DNA from: Wenzhouxiangella sp.
GTDB taxonomy: Bacteria > Pseudomonadota > Gammaproteobacteria > Xanthomonadales > Wenzhouxiangellaceae
Assembly: GCA_021767625.1 (NCBI GenBank)
Contig: JAASTB010000001.1
Location: 1 to 46,263 of the forward strand
Length of the DNA: 46,263 bases
Direction of reading: 5' to 3'
This document shows, one piece after another, positions 33,116 through 44,384 of this stretch (position 1 is its first letter; every line of letters begins with the position of its first letter). Position numbers and translations under genes: made by a program. The notes under the pieces were generated by a model that saw nothing but the letters and a program-made list of their open reading frames with translations, was not told the DNA's origin and searched no databases.

Positions 33116-35425
33116 GTGAGCCAGCGCGCGAAGAAGAGCGAAAAGGTCGATGAATCAGCGCTGGCCATGAAACGGCGCCTCTCCGAGGCGTTGTTCCTGC
33201 TGATTCTCGTCGCGGCCGTCTACCTGCTGCTGTGCCTGCTCAGCCACGACGCGTCCGATCCGGGCTGGTCGCGGGCGGCCGCCGATTCCGACATCGATAA
33301 CCTCGGCGGTGCCTTCGGTGCGTGGCTGGCCGACCTGTTCCTCGTCCTGTTCGGCTACATGGCCTATGCGGCGCCGGTGCTGATCGGCTTCGCCGGTTTT
33401 CGCGTCTTGAGCGAGCGCGGCGAACCCGCGGGCCTGCCGGAGTGGAGCGTCCGGACCGCCGGCCTGCTGCTGGCGGTGCTGACCGGCTGCATGCTGCTTT
33501 CGATGCAGGCGCCGGATGCCGGATCCAGCCCCGGCGGTGGCGTCATCGGGGACGTGCTGTCCGGGCCCATGGTCGGCACCATGGGCCTGACGGGCGGTGT
33601 GCTCATCAGCCTGAGCATCTTCCTTGGGGGCATCACCCTGTTCACGGGGCTGTCGTGGATCGACGTCGTCGACCGCACGGGACGTTTCGCCCTGAGCGCT
33701 TTCGCCTGGTCGGCCGAGAAGGTCGTCCAGGGCCGCGACTGGTTCGCGGGGCGGCGAGCCCGCGCCGAGCGCGAAGAAGTTCGCAAGCGCGATTCGATCA
33801 AGCGCAAGTCGCGCAAGGAAGTGCGCATCGAGCCGCGCGTCGAGCCCGAGATCAGCAAGCCCGCCGAAAAGAAGGCGCGGCAGCAGCCGCTGTTCAAGAA
33901 CCTCTCGCCCGGGGAACTCCCGCCGCTGGAGCTGCTCGACGAGGCGCCGGCCAAGCGGGCCGGCTACTCCGAGGATGCGCTCAAGGCGATGAGTCGCCAG
34001 GTCGAGCTCAAGCTCGCCGACTTCGGTGTCGAGGTCGAAGTCGTGGCCGTCCACCCCGGCCCGGTCATCACCCGATTCGAACTGCAGCCGGCACCCGGTG
34101 TGAAGGGCGCCCAGGTTTCGAATCTCTCCAAGGACCTGGCGCGCGGCCTGAGTGTCATTTCGGTCCGCGTGGTCGACGTCATTCCCGGCAAGAGCGTCAT
34201 CGGCCTCGAGATTCCCAACCAGAACCGGGAGATCGTCTACCTGCGCGAGATCCTGGCCTCCGAGGCCTACGCGCGCTCGAGTTCGCCACTGACCCTGGGC
34301 CTGGGCAAGAGCATCGCCGGCAAGCCGATGGTCGCCGACCTGGCGCGCATGCCGCACCTGCTGGTCGCCGGCACGACTGGTTCGGGCAAGTCGGTGGCGA
34401 TCAACGCCATGATCCTGAGCCTGCTTTACAAGGCCACGCCGGACCAGGTTCGCCTGATCATGATCGACCCCAAGATGCTGGAGCTGTCGGTCTACGAGGG
34501 CATTCAGCACCTGCTCACGCCGGTGGTCACCGACATGAAGGACGCTTCCAACGCGCTGCGCTGGTGCGTGGCCGAGATGGAGCGTCGCTACAAGCTGATG
34601 GCCTCGATGGGGGTGCGCAACCTGGCCGGTTACAACCGCAAGATCAAGGAAGCGGCCGACAAGGGCCAGCCGATTCCCGATCCCTTCGTGGATCCGTCGG
34701 AACTGGCCGAGGGCGAGGACAAGCCCGTGCTCGAGCAGCTGCCCTACATCGTGGTCGTGGTCGACGAATTCGCCGACCTGATGATGATCGTGGGCAAGAA
34801 GATCGAGCAGCTGATCGCTCGCCTGGCCCAGAAAGCGCGCGCCTCGGGTATCCATCTCATCCTGGCCACGCAGCGACCGTCGGTGGACGTGATCACCGGC
34901 CTGATCAAGGCCAATATCCCCACGCGCATGGCCTTCCAGGTGTCGTCGCGGGTCGATTCCCGGACCATCCTGGATCAGCAGGGCGCCGAGCAGCTGCTCG
35001 GCCACGGCGACATGCTCTACCTGCCGCCGGGCTCCGGGCTGCCGGAACGTATCCACGGCGCCTTCGTCGACGATCACGAAGTGCATGCGGTGGTCGAGTC
35101 CCTCAAGCAGCAGGGCGAGCCCGACTATCTCGACGAGGTGCTTTCCGAAACACAGACCATGGCCGACGGCCAGCAGATCGGGGCCACGGGCTTGCCGGAA
35201 GGCGGCGGCAGCGGCGATTCCGAGGACGAACTCTACGACAAGGCGGTCGCCTACGTGCTAGAGAGCCGGCGCGCCTCGATCTCGAGCGTGCAGCGCCAGT
35301 TGCGCATCGGCTACAACCGCGCCGCGCGCCTGATCGAGGACATGGAAGCCCAGGGCGTGGTCAGCCCGCCCGAGCACAACGGCCAGCGCGAGGTGCTCGC
35401 GCCCAAGCCGCCGCCGCGCGACTGA
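33116..35425 (+). CDS. ftsK: DNA translocase FtsK
   Basis: 4-TM N-domain, Walker [22 protein letters not shown], gamma domain [13 protein letters not shown]. Confidence 0.97.
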   Translation: MSQRAKKSEKVDESALAMKRRLSEALFLLILVAAVYLLLCLLSHDASDPGWSRAAADSDIDNLGGAFGAWLADLFLVLFGYMAYAAPVLIGFAGFRVLSERGEPAGLPEWSVRTAGLLLAVLTGCMLLSMQAPDAGSSPGGGVIGDVLSGPMVGTMGLTGGVLISLSIFLGGITLFTGLSWIDVVDRTGRFALSAFAWSAEKVVQGRDWFAGRRARAEREEVRKRDSIKRKSRKEVRIEPRVEPEISKPAEKKARQQPLFKNLSPGELPPLELLDEAPAKRAGYSEDALKAMSRQVELKLADFGVEVEVVAVHPGPVITRFELQPAPGVKGAQVSNLSKDLARGLSVISVRVVDVIPGKSVIGLEIPNQNREIVYLREILASEAYARSSSPLTLGLGKSIAGKPMVADLARMPHLLVAGTTGSGKSVAINAMILSLLYKATPDQVRLIMIDPKMLELSVYEGIQHLLTPVVTDMKDASNALRWCVAEMERRYKLMASMGVRNLAGYNRKIKEAADKGQPIPDPFVDPSELAEGEDKPVLEQLPYIVVVVDEFADLMMIVGKKIEQLIARLAQKARASGIHLILATQRPSVDVITGLIKANIPTRMAFQVSSRVDSRTILDQQGAEQLLGHGDMLYLPPGSGLPERIHGAFVDDHEVHAVVESLKQQGEPDYLDEVLSETQTMADGQQIGATGLPEGGGSGDSEDELYDKAVAYVLESRRASISSVQRQLRIGYNRAARLIEDMEAQGVVSPPEHNGQREVLAPKPPPRD

Positions 35426-35483
35426 GTCAGTCGCCGTTCAGCGTGGTCGGAGCACACTCGCAACCGCAACGCTTCGAAGGAGA

Positions 35484-36095
35484 ATGTCCGAAATGATCAT
35501 CGATTGGCTGGCCGCGTTCCTGCTGACGGTTTCCGCTTCCGGGGCACCGCAGGACGGCAGGGCGCAACTGGACGCCTTCGCCGAAGGCCTCGACACGCTG
35601 TCGGGGCGCTTCGAACAGGTGACGATCGACGCCGAAGGCCGCGTCACGGAAGAGTCGTCGGGCGAGCTCTACTATTCGCGTCCGGACCGCTTTCGCTGGA
35701 GTTACGGCGAGCCCTTCCCGCAGGAGATCGTCGCCGACGGCGAGAAGCTCTGGCACTACGACGTGTCCCTGGAGCAGGTCACTGTGCGCGATCAGCCGGG
35801 CGCGGACGAGTCGCCCCTGCTGGTCCTGATGCGGCCGGAGCTGCTCGACCGCTTCTACCGGGTGACGGCTTCGGGGCGGGAGGTGATCGAGTTCGAACCG
35901 CTCGAGGAGGGGACCGACATCGTCGAGGGTCGGCTGATGTTTCGCGACGGGCTGCCCTGGCAGCTCGAGCTCGAGGACAGCTTCGGCCAGCTGACGCGCC
36001 TGCGCCTGATGGAACTGACGCGCAATCCGCAGCTCGATACCGGCCTGTTCGAATTCACCGTGCCCGAAGGCGTGGACGTGCTCGAGGGTTATTGA
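35484..36095 (+). CDS. lolA: Outer-membrane lipoprotein chaperone LolA
   Basis: RPDRFRW, IVADGEKLWHYD..LEQVT, FEFTVPEGVDV; directly after ftsK. Start could be 35493. Confidence 0.9.
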   Translation: MSEMIIDWLAAFLLTVSASGAPQDGRAQLDAFAEGLDTLSGRFEQVTIDAEGRVTEESSGELYYSRPDRFRWSYGEPFPQEIVADGEKLWHYDVSLEQVTVRDQPGADESPLLVLMRPELLDRFYRVTASGREVIEFEPLEEGTDIVEGRLMFRDGLPWQLELEDSFGQLTRLRLMELTRNPQLDTGLFEFTVPEGVDVLEGY

Positions 36096-36126
36096 GCGGA
36101 CCGGGCCTTCGGTCGCCCGTGCCGGT

Positions 36127-36402
36127 TCAGCCCTCCGGCTTGTCGAAGGACTGCGCGGAGGCTTCGTCTTCCGGGCGGGTGAGGATCTCGACGGACTGAC
36201 GGGCCTGATCCAGCATCTCGTGGCAGTGCTTGGACAACTCGACGCCGCGCTTGAAACGTTCGAGCGATTCGGCCAGGCTGAGTTCGCCGGACTCGAGTGC
36301 TTCGACGAGTCCTTCCAGTTCCGCCAGCGAGGTCTCGAAATCCGGCGTTTCCCCGGTCTTCGCCGCGCCCTTGTCCTTGGTGCTTGCAGCTTGCTTGCTC
36401 AT
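36127..36402 (-). CDS. xseB: Exodeoxyribonuclease VII small subunit
   Basis: DFETSLAELEGLVEALESGELSLAESLERFKRGVEL; ATG 36402 overlaps the tilS stop. Confidence 0.92.
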   Translation of the reverse strand: MSKQAASTKDKGAAKTGETPDFETSLAELEGLVEALESGELSLAESLERFKRGVELSKHCHEMLDQARQSVEILTRPEDEASAQSFDKPEG

Positions 36403-37712
36403 GGGATCGATTCTAACCCAGCCGACGCCGGGCGGCGTGGCCCGGCCTCCCAGACGAGGGACTGTCCGCGTTGTTCGAGCAGCTGGCGGAAGTCCCGCGT
36501 GAGCCAGTGCGACCCCAACGCCACCAGGCGGCCCTCGAGCCAGATGCGCGGCCAGCGTTTTCTTTGCCAGGGCGGGACCCCCGCATCGGCAAGCAGGCGC
36601 CGGCATTGGCGCCGGTGGTTGGAGCCGCACACCTGCAGGGCATCGTCCTCCCGCCCACTGCCGACAGCCAGGTCGAGCGCCGGTGCGGCCGGGCCGAGTA
36701 GCCTGATGACGCCGAGCCCCCCCGGCAGCGACAGGGGCTCGATGCCGCGCCATTCCAGTCGCCAGTCGTCGGCTTCCACCTCGTCGAACTCGAGCCATAG
36801 GCGATCGCGCCAGCGGCGCAGCACGGCCCGGTCCCAGCGCAGCTCCGGGCAGCGGTCCCCGGCCGCGGCGGAAAGCTGTTCGAGGAAAGTGTCCAGCCGT
36901 CGACCGGGCGGCGGTTCGACGCTCTGGCGAATGCACCAGGCGCGAATCGCCGCACCGCGGTAGTAGTCGCTGTCGGCGGCCAGTAGATCGAGTCGCAGCG
37001 CACCGTTGGCGTCGGGGGCCTTCTCGAGATCGCGTGCCACCTGCTCGGCGACGAAATCGGCAGCGCCCCGGCACAGCCGGCCGCTGCGCAGGAGTGCCGT
37101 GTCGACGCCGGCCCACCGATCGCGCAGCGCGGGCAGTACCGTCCGGCGCAGGAAGTTGCGGTCGAAGTCGGGGCAGTCGTTCGCCGGGTCTCGAATGCAG
37201 TCGAGTCGGTGGCGCTCGAGCCAGCGCTCGATGTCGGACCGCGTCCATTCCAGCAGGGGGCGTACCAGCCATCCCGGGCCGAATCGGCGAACGGCCGGAA
37301 CGCCTGCCAGACCGTCGGGGCCCGCGCCCCGCAGCAGCCTCAGGAGCACCGTTTCGGCCTGGTCGTCGGCGTGGTGGGCGGTGAGCAGCGTGTCGTCGGG
37401 CGCCATGCTCCGCTCCAGAGCGCGGTAGCGGGCGCGGCGTGCGCTGGCCTCGGGTCCCCCTTCGGATTCGACCTCGACGCGGAGGATTTCGCAGGTCACG
37501 CCCAGCCGAGAAGCGATGGCGACGGCGCGCCGGGCGCGCTCGCCGCTTTCGGCATCGAGGCCGTGGTCGACGTGGATGCAGGCCAGCGAGCGCTCGGACA
37601 CGGCCTGAGCCATCTGGTGCAACAGGCAGACCGAGTCCGGGCCGCCGCTGAAGGCCACGACGATGCGACCGCGGCCGGGCAGTGTGGTCGGATCGGGGGA
37701 GTCGGCCGGCAT
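36399..37712 (-). CDS. tilS: tRNA(Ile)-lysidine synthetase
   Basis: PP-loop AFSGGPDS, ARRARY, TAHHADDQAET, RNFLR; downstream of accA. Confidence 0.94.
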   Translation of the reverse strand: MPADSPDPTTLPGRGRIVVAFSGGPDSVCLLHQMAQAVSERSLACIHVDHGLDAESGERARRAVAIASRLGVTCEILRVEVESEGGPEASARRARYRALERSMAPDDTLLTAHHADDQAETVLLRLLRGAGPDGLAGVPAVRRFGPGWLVRPLLEWTRSDIERWLERHRLDCIRDPANDCPDFDRNFLRRTVLPALRDRWAGVDTALLRSGRLCRGAADFVAEQVARDLEKAPDANGALRLDLLAADSDYYRGAAIRAWCIRQSVEPPPGRRLDTFLEQLSAAAGDRCPELRWDRAVLRRWRDRLWLEFDEVEADDWRLEWRGIEPLSLPGGLGVIRLLGPAAPALDLAVGSGREDDALQVCGSNHRRQCRRLLADAGVPPWQRKRWPRIWLEGRLVALGSHWLTRDFRQLLEQRGQSLVWEAGPRRPASAGLESIP

Positions 37713-37728
37713 GGCCGCGGCAGGCGCC

Positions 37729-38688
37729 TCAGGCCTGCTCGAAGGCCCCGTGCGCCATCAGCCGCTGGTAACGCTCGGCCAGCAGCGTCTCGACCGGCTG
37801 GCTGGCGAGGTAGTCGATCTGGGCGACGATGGTTTCGCGGATGCGGACGGCGACCTCGTGCGGTGAGCGGTGCGCGCCGCCGGCCGGCTCCTTGATGACC
37901 TTGTCGATGAGCTTGAGCTTCTTGAGCTTGCTCGCCGTCAGGCTCATGGCCTCCGCGGCCACCGGCGCCTTGTCGGCGCTCTTCCACAAGATCGATGCGC
38001 AGCCTTCCGGCGAGATCACCGAGTAGATGCTGTACTGGAGCATGCTGGTGCGGTCGCCGACGCCGATGGCCAGGGCGCCGCCGGAGCCGCCTTCGCCGAT
38101 GACGAAGCAGATGACGGGAACGGGCAGGCGCGCCATCACCGCCAGGTTGCGCGCGATGGCCTCGGACTGACCGCGCTCTTCGGCGCCGACCCCGGGATAG
38201 GCGCCCGGCGTGTCGATGAAGGTCACGATGGGCATTTTGAATCGAGCGGCCATTTCCATCAGGCGCTGGGCCTTTCGGTAGCCTTCCGGACGCGGCATGC
38301 CGAAGTTGCGGTAGACCTTCTCGCGCGTGTCGCGGCCCTTCTGGTGTCCGATGAGCATGACGCTGAGCCCGTCGAGCATCGCCGGGCCGCCGACGATGGC
38401 ATGGTCGTCGGCGAAATGCCGATCACCGTGCAGCTCCTCGAAGCGGTCGAACACCATGGGCACGTAGTCGAGCGTATAGGGACGCTGCGGGTGACGCGCC
38501 AGCTGAGAGATCTGCCAGTCACTCAGCTCCGAGAAGATCGTCTCGGTGCGCTCCCGGCACTTCTGTTCGAGGCGCTGGATTTCTTCCTCCAGGTTCATGG
38601 AGACGCCGGAGCCGACGTTTCGCAGCTCGCGGATCTTGGCCTCGAGCTCGGCGATGGGCTGTTCGAAATCGAGATAGTTGGGGTTCAT
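37729..38688 (-). CDS. accA: Acetyl-CoA carboxylase carboxyltransferase alpha
   Basis: [35 protein letters not shown]. Confidence 0.97.
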   Translation of the reverse strand: MNPNYLDFEQPIAELEAKIRELRNVGSGVSMNLEEEIQRLEQKCRERTETIFSELSDWQISQLARHPQRPYTLDYVPMVFDRFEELHGDRHFADDHAIVGGPAMLDGLSVMLIGHQKGRDTREKVYRNFGMPRPEGYRKAQRLMEMAARFKMPIVTFIDTPGAYPGVGAEERGQSEAIARNLAVMARLPVPVICFVIGEGGSGGALAIGVGDRTSMLQYSIYSVISPEGCASILWKSADKAPVAAEAMSLTASKLKKLKLIDKVIKEPAGGAHRSPHEVAVRIRETIVAQIDYLASQPVETLLAERYQRLMAHGAFEQA

Positions 38689-38735
38689 TCGGTCCTGGGG
38701 CTGCCGCTGGTCAATCGACGAGTATAACGTTGTCG

Positions 38736-39635
38736 TTACGGGGGATGAACCCCGACGGCGACGGGGCCGCGAGGGATTCTGGCGATATCGAAGTTGGCCA
38801 GGGCCCAGTCCATCTGGGTATCGAGTGATCGCGCGCCCGCCGGCGGTTCGTGGCCGAGAGCGCGCAAGGCCAGGCGCATGGCTTCCGCGTGCGGACGGGC
38901 GATGACCGGATCGTCGTCGTCGGACTTGCTGAGCTTGCGTCCGTTGTCGTCGGTCACGATCGGCAGGTGCATCCAGTCCGGCGGCTTCAGGCCGAGACGC
39001 CGGTAGACCAGCAGCTGGCGCGGAGTCGAGTCGATCAGGTCCGCGCCGCGGACCACTTCCGTGATCGCCGAGGCCGCATCATCGACGACGACCGCCAGCT
39101 GGTAGGCAATCAGTCCGTCGCCGCGCAGGATGATGAAATCGCCGCCGATTCGACCGGGATGATCGCAGTACTCGCCCTGGATCGCGTCGACGAAGCATTC
39201 GGCCCCGGCGTTGTCGGTGCGCATGCGCACGCTGCGGGGCTCGCGTCCTGGCGGCAGGCCATGCCGGCAGGTGCCCGGGTAGATGCCGTTATCCGGCAGG
39301 TCGCGACGGCTGCAGCCGCACCAGTAGGCCGCTCCGCTGTCGAGCAACTGTCGCAACGCCTTCTGGTGAAGGGAGGCTGAGCGACTCTGGTAGGCGACGG
39401 GGCCATCGGGAATCAGGCCGAAGGCGGCGAGCGTCTCGACCTGCTCCTCGGCGGCTCCCGGTACCTCACGCGGCGGGTCGAGATCCTCGATGCGCACGAG
39501 CCAGCGGCCGCTCAGGCTGCGCGCACGAAGGTAGCTGCCGACGGCCGCCACCAGCGAACCGAAGTGCAGGGCGCCCGTGGGCGACGGGGCGAAACGGCCG
39601 ATGTAGGCGGGCGGGGCGCCGTCCTGGGGCGTCAT
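38736..39635 (-). CDS. gluQ: Glutamyl-Q tRNA(Asp) synthetase
   Basis: [41 protein letters not shown]; short GluRS paralog; start ATG 39635. Confidence 0.92.
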   Translation of the reverse strand: MTPQDGAPPAYIGRFAPSPTGALHFGSLVAAVGSYLRARSLSGRWLVRIEDLDPPREVPGAAEEQVETLAAFGLIPDGPVAYQSRSASLHQKALRQLLDSGAAYWCGCSRRDLPDNGIYPGTCRHGLPPGREPRSVRMRTDNAGAECFVDAIQGEYCDHPGRIGGDFIILRGDGLIAYQLAVVVDDAASAITEVVRGADLIDSTPRQLLVYRRLGLKPPDWMHLPIVTDDNGRKLSKSDDDDPVIARPHAEAMRLALRALGHEPPAGARSLDTQMDWALANFDIARIPRGPVAVGVHPP

Positions 39636-39642
39636 GAAGGGA

Positions 39643-39671
39643 CTTGGAAAGGCACGCACATGCCGCCATTT
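39643..39671 (+). promoter_or_regulatory. Putative sigma32 promoter of htpX
   Basis: CTTGGAA-N14-CGCCATTT upstream of htpX, a typical RpoH regulon gene. Confidence 0.65.
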
Positions 39672-39708
39672 TAGCGGTCTAATTGTCCTGTTCGGAGACA
39701 AGGTCGTC

Positions 39709-40590
39709 ATGCGCAGAATCGTTCTCTTCCTGGCCACCAACCTGGCGGTCCTGGTCGTTCTCGGCACGGTCATGAACCTGCTCGAGCCCTGGCTCGTCCG
39801 GCAGGGCATCGACGTCAACAATGCCGCCATCCTGATCATCGCCGTGGTCTTCGGCATGGGCGGCGCCATCGTGTCGCTGCTGATGTCGAAGAAGATCGCG
39901 CTGATGAGCACGCGCGCCCACGTCATCGAGAAGGCGCGCAACGCCACCGAGCAATGGCTGGTCGACACCGTCGCCAGGCAGGCGAAGGAAGCGGGTATCG
40001 GGATGCCCGACGTGGCCATCTACGACGCACCCGAGCCCAATGCATTCGCGACGGGTGCTTCGCGCAACAACGCCCTGGTCGCCGTCAGCAGCGGCCTGCT
40101 TCAGCACATGCGCCCCAATGAGGTCGAGGCCGTGCTCGCCCACGAGGTGTCCCACGTCGCCAACGGCGACATGGTCACGATGACGCTGCTCCAGGGTGTG
40201 CTCAATACCCTGGTGCTGCTGCTCTCGCGCGTGCTCGGCCAGATCATCGACCGCGCCGTGTTCCGCAGCGAGCGCGGCTACGGTCCGGGATACTTCCTGG
40301 TCGTGATCGTGCTGCAGATCGTGCTGGGCATCCTCGCGAGCATGATCACCATGGCCTTCTCGCGCTGGCGCGAGTTCCGGGCCGATGCCGGTGGCGCGAA
40401 GCTCGCCGGCCGCCAGAACATGATCGCCGCCCTCAAGCGCCTCGGGCAGGTCCACGGACCGGCCCAGCTGCCCGAGTCGGTGGAGGCCTTCGGTATCCGT
40501 GGGCGCGTGGCAGGCGGGCTCAAGCGGCTGCTGATGAGCCATCCGCCGCTGGAGGAGCGGATCCGGGCCCTGTCGGAGGGGGCGCGGTAA
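39709..40590 (+). CDS. htpX: Membrane zinc metalloprotease HtpX
   Basis: [44 protein letters not shown]; GGAG before ATG 39709. Confidence 0.96.
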   Translation: MRRIVLFLATNLAVLVVLGTVMNLLEPWLVRQGIDVNNAAILIIAVVFGMGGAIVSLLMSKKIALMSTRAHVIEKARNATEQWLVDTVARQAKEAGIGMPDVAIYDAPEPNAFATGASRNNALVAVSSGLLQHMRPNEVEAVLAHEVSHVANGDMVTMTLLQGVLNTLVLLLSRVLGQIIDRAVFRSERGYGPGYFLVVIVLQIVLGILASMITMAFSRWREFRADAGGAKLAGRQNMIAALKRLGQVHGPAQLPESVEAFGIRGRVAGGLKRLLMSHPPLEERIRALSEGAR

Positions 40591-40612
40591 GCGGCGGCTG
40601 GCGCCGCCGCTT
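40589..40612. terminator. Bidirectional hairpin between convergent htpX and fimX-like genes
   Basis: aagcggcggc-tggc-gccgccgctt; the stem ends overlap both stop codons. Confidence 0.6.
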
Positions 40613-42669
40613 TAGGCCGAAGCCTCTTCGCGCACGAACTCGCCCTGCACGAGGATGATCCCGAACTGCCACAGCGTGGCCAGGTCGCCGGTGTTCTCGA
40701 CCTTGGGCGCGATGATGCGGGTTTCGTGTTCGCGGGCGTGGGCGACCAGGGTGGAGAGCTTCTGGCGCAGCGCGTCGTTGCCGCTCAAGTCCTGAATCAT
40801 TTCCGGTGCCAGGCGGAGGAAGTCGACGCCCAGGTGGCGCAGCAGGCTTTCGGCGGGCGCCTCGGGGCCGACGTCGCACAGCGCGAAACGGCAGCCGCTT
40901 TCGCGGAAGCGTTCGATGAAGCTCTGCACGGGCCGCAGCTTCTCGCGGATTTCCGGTTCACGGAAGCCGAAGATCATCCGCTTGGGATCCAGGCTGGGAT
41001 CGCCCAGGCGCTTGAACAGGTCGAGCGCCGACTGTTCGTCGCTGATGGTCTCCAGGCTCAAGGGCACCAACCACTGGCCGTTCTCGTCGTTGCGTTCGTT
41101 GGCCAGGGCCTGCAGGCGATCCATCATGTCGGCATCGACCTTCGGGGCCAGGCCAACGCGCGAGGCGATATGCATGTAGACCGAAGGCAGGACGACCTCG
41201 TCGCTGTCTTCGGGGCGCAGCCGGGTTTCCACTTCGCTGATCAGGAATTCGTCGTCTTCCATGCTGGTGATCGGCGAGGTCACCAGGCCGAATTCGTCGT
41301 GGTCGAGCGCGTGCCGCAGGCGCTCCGCCCAGGCCGCATCGTCCTCGTCGCCTTCGGCCGACACGCGCGGGCGGTAACGCACGAAGCCGTTGCCGCCGGC
41401 GCGCAGGGCTTCGGCCAGGGCCGATTCGGCTTGCTCGATCAGGGCTTCCGGGTGCGGCAGCTCGCTGCCGGCGATGGCCAGGCCGACGCCCACCGACACC
41501 GTCAGGCTGTTGTCTCTCACGTCGATGATGCGCCCCGAGCAGTTCTCCACGATATCGCTGGCGAGTTTTTCAGCCTGCGCCCTGTCGTCGCAGTCGGCGA
41601 TCAGTGCGAAGGTGTGATCGCGCAAGCGCGCCATCGTGTAGTCCTTGCCGACCACGTCGCGGAACAGGTCGCCGGTGCCGCTGACGAGGTCGTCGGTGGC
41701 ACCCACGCCGACCTTGTCGAGTAACTCGTCGTGGTTGTCGAGCGAAAGCGCCAGGACGGACAGGCCGGCGGTATCGGCGCGTCCGTCGACCGTCTGGTTG
41801 AGCAGGTCGATGAAGGCCGGGGCGTTGAGCATGCCGGTCAGCAGGTCGGAGGTCTTGAGCTTGCGAAGCTCCTCCTCGAGCTCCGGATCGGACCCGGCGA
41901 CCTTTTCGCGAACGAGCATCTGGGCGCAGTATTCGCCGCCGTAACGTGCCGGCGAGAAGTCCACCGAGGCGGTGAATGCCGAGCCGTCCTGTCGGTGCGC
42001 ATTGAGCTGAAGCGGTTCGCCGGGCAGCTCGTCGCGGGCAATGGCCTTGAGCACCTGCTTGAGATCCGGCACTTCGTCGCTGGCCGAGAGCAGGTCGAGC
42101 ATGGAAAGGCCCTCGAGATCCTCGAAGGTGTCGAAGCCGAACAGTTCCAGGTACGCGCGGTTGGCGTAGATGTGCAGTCCTTCGTGGATGTAGGCGATGG
42201 CCTCGCTGGAGCTGTCCAGCAGCAAGGTGTAGCGGTCCTCGATGTCGGCCAGGCTCTTGAGTGCCTGTTCGGCGTCCTTGCGCGCACGCAGTGATTCGAC
42301 CTGGCTCAGGGCCAGGCGCTTGAGCTGCCGCAGCCCGGCCTGGTTGACGAAGCCTTCCACGCCCACGGCGGCCACGGCCATTGCCGAGCCGGTGTCCTCT
42401 TCCTCGATCATCGCGAGCACCGGCACGAAGCGGTCCTGCTCACGGGCCGCGCGCACGCTGGATTCGAACAGCGGCAGGTCGGCGGAATCGACCTTGACGA
42501 CGACCATGTCGACGCGCTCGGACTCGAAGGTGCGCGACACGGCGTTGCCCGTGTCGGCGAACAGGGTTCGCACGCCGGCATCGTCTCCGAGCATTTGCTG
42601 GAGCTGGCGCGGCGCGGACGGATCGTCGGTGACGGTGAGGATGCGGATTTCGGTCGGCTGGTTGGCCAT
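40612..42669 (-). CDS. fimX: FimX-like REC-PAS-GGDEF-EAL protein with degenerate catalytic motifs
   Basis: LLDSSSEAIAYIHEGLHIYAN PAS signature; GGDEF replaced by RDHTF, EAL by EVE, DDFG by CDVG. Confidence 0.75.
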   Translation of the reverse strand: MANQPTEIRILTVTDDPSAPRQLQQMLGDDAGVRTLFADTGNAVSRTFESERVDMVVVKVDSADLPLFESSVRAAREQDRFVPVLAMIEEEDTGSAMAVAAVGVEGFVNQAGLRQLKRLALSQVESLRARKDAEQALKSLADIEDRYTLLLDSSSEAIAYIHEGLHIYANRAYLELFGFDTFEDLEGLSMLDLLSASDEVPDLKQVLKAIARDELPGEPLQLNAHRQDGSAFTASVDFSPARYGGEYCAQMLVREKVAGSDPELEEELRKLKTSDLLTGMLNAPAFIDLLNQTVDGRADTAGLSVLALSLDNHDELLDKVGVGATDDLVSGTGDLFRDVVGKDYTMARLRDHTFALIADCDDRAQAEKLASDIVENCSGRIIDVRDNSLTVSVGVGLAIAGSELPHPEALIEQAESALAEALRAGGNGFVRYRPRVSAEGDEDDAAWAERLRHALDHDEFGLVTSPITSMEDDEFLISEVETRLRPEDSDEVVLPSVYMHIASRVGLAPKVDADMMDRLQALANERNDENGQWLVPLSLETISDEQSALDLFKRLGDPSLDPKRMIFGFREPEIREKLRPVQSFIERFRESGCRFALCDVGPEAPAESLLRHLGVDFLRLAPEMIQDLSGNDALRQKLSTLVAHAREHETRIIAPKVENTGDLATLWQFGIILVQGEFVREEASA

Positions 42670-42723
42670 CAGGGCTGCCTGTGTCTCGTATCGTGTTGAA
42701 TCTTATCGCTGCTGGGCGGCCGA

Positions 42724-43731
42724 TTAAAGTACCGGCAGTTTGTAGGGTTCGCCTGCGACCTCGCGAACCAGTCGGGGAACAAGATAACCCGACAGCTCCC
42801 GCCGCAGGGTGTCCATCATCTCCAGGGCCCGGGCGGAGTCGGTATCGAAACGGTGGGCGCCGGAAACCGGGTCGAGCAGGTGGAGATAGTAGGGCAGGGC
42901 GCCGGCCTCGAACGAGCGCCGCATCAACTCGGCCAGTATCGGTGAGGAATCGTTGATTCCGGCGAGCAGGACCGCCTGGTTGAGCAGGTGCACGCCCCGC
43001 TGCCGCAATCCTCGCAGGGCCTCGCACACGGCCGCGTCGAATTCGTTGGCGTGATTGGCGTGAATCACCATGACCACGGGCCAGGGCAGTGCGCCGAGCC
43101 AGTCGAGCAGGTCTGCCGTGACGCGGTCGGGGAGGATGACCGGCAGACGGGTGTGAATGCGAAGCCGCCGAATGTGCGGAATGCCGGCCAGCCTTGCGGT
43201 CAGTTCGCGTAGCCGTCGGGTGGGCAGCATCAGCGGATCGCCGCCGGAGAGGATGACTTCCTCGATGCTGTCGTCGGAGGCGATATAGTCGATCGCCGCG
43301 CGCCACTGACCGGATCCAGCATGCTGGTTCGCGTAGGGGAAGGCCTGGCGAAAGCAATAGCGGCAATGCACGGCGCAGGCGCCGGTAGTAATCAGCAGGA
43401 CGCGACCGCTGTACTTGTGAAGCACGCCGCGTTCGGCCGAGCTCGCGCCGTCGCCCACGGGGTCGTCGCTGAAGCCTGCCGCGACTCGGGATTCCTGGCG
43501 CTCGGGGAGAACCTGGAGCAGCAGTGGATCCCGCCGGTCGCCCGGCCGCATCCGGTCGATGAAGCTCTGGGGCACCAGCATGGGAAATCGGCTGGCGGCC
43601 GGTTCGTCGCCGCGCGCCAGGCCCAGCTTGTCGAGCAACACCGCTGGGTCGCGAACCGCCCGCTTGACCTGGTCGCGCCAGTCGGCTTGCTTGGGTGCAA
43701 ACGTCGTTCGCGCTAAACTATCTGTTTTCAT
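42724..43731 (-). CDS. epmB: EF-P beta-lysylation protein EpmB (lysine 2,3-aminomutase, radical SAM)
   Basis: CAVHCRYCFR, LSGGDPL, RLRIHTRLP, SGYLVPRLVRE; divergent from efp. Confidence 0.94.
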   Translation of the reverse strand: MKTDSLARTTFAPKQADWRDQVKRAVRDPAVLLDKLGLARGDEPAASRFPMLVPQSFIDRMRPGDRRDPLLLQVLPERQESRVAAGFSDDPVGDGASSAERGVLHKYSGRVLLITTGACAVHCRYCFRQAFPYANQHAGSGQWRAAIDYIASDDSIEEVILSGGDPLMLPTRRLRELTARLAGIPHIRRLRIHTRLPVILPDRVTADLLDWLGALPWPVVMVIHANHANEFDAAVCEALRGLRQRGVHLLNQAVLLAGINDSSPILAELMRRSFEAGALPYYLHLLDPVSGAHRFDTDSARALEMMDTLRRELSGYLVPRLVREVAGEPYKLPVL

Positions 43732-43810
43732 TGATCAGCTTTGCTGGCAGCCAAGAAGAATCATCGCCCCGAGCCGCGCGGCCGGGGCGTCATTGTAATC
43801 CGGAGTGATC

Positions 43811-44380
43811 ATGGCAACCTACAGTACCAACGAGTTCAAATCGGGCCTGAAGATCATTCTCGACGGTGATCCCTACAACATCGTCGAGAACGAGTTCGTC
43901 AAGCCGGGCAAGGGCCAGGCCTTCAGCCGGGTCAAGGTCCGCAACCTGCTGACCGGGCGCGTGATCGAGCGGACCTTCAAGTCCGGCGACACGGTCGAGG
44001 CCGCCGACGTGTTCGAAAAGGAAGTCCAGTATCTCTACAGCGACGGCGAGTTCTGGCATTTCATGGATCCCGAAACCTTCGAGCAGCTCCCCGCCGACGA
44101 GAAGGCCATCGGCGACTCGGCCAAGTGGCTCAAGGAAGAGGACATGTGCCAGGTGACCCTCTGGAACGGCGCGCCGATCCAGATCCTGCCGCCCAATTTC
44201 GTGGAGCTGAAGGTCGTCGAGACCGATCCCGGCCTCAAGGGCGACACGTCCGGCAGCGGCGGCAAGCCCGCACACCTCGAAACCGGTGCGACGGTCCGCG
44301 TGCCGTTGTTCGTGCAGGAGGGCGAGGTCATCAAGGTCGACACGCGCACCGGCGAGTACATGTCTCGGGTCAAGGACTGA
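43811..44380 (+). CDS. efp: Elongation factor P
   Basis: VKPGKGQAF (modifiable Lys), [15 protein letters not shown]; start ATG 43811. Confidence 0.97.
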   Translation: MATYSTNEFKSGLKIILDGDPYNIVENEFVKPGKGQAFSRVKVRNLLTGRVIERTFKSGDTVEAADVFEKEVQYLYSDGEFWHFMDPETFEQLPADEKAIGDSAKWLKEEDMCQVTLWNGAPIQILPPNFVELKVVETDPGLKGDTSGSGGKPAHLETGATVRVPLFVQEGEVIKVDTRTGEYMSRVKD

Positions 44381-44384
44381 GCGA

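Noticed and set aside
36403-37272. 381-aa ORF suggesting a long XseB fusion
   Set aside because: The upstream part is an alternative frame of tilS; XseB similarity starts only near ATG 36402.
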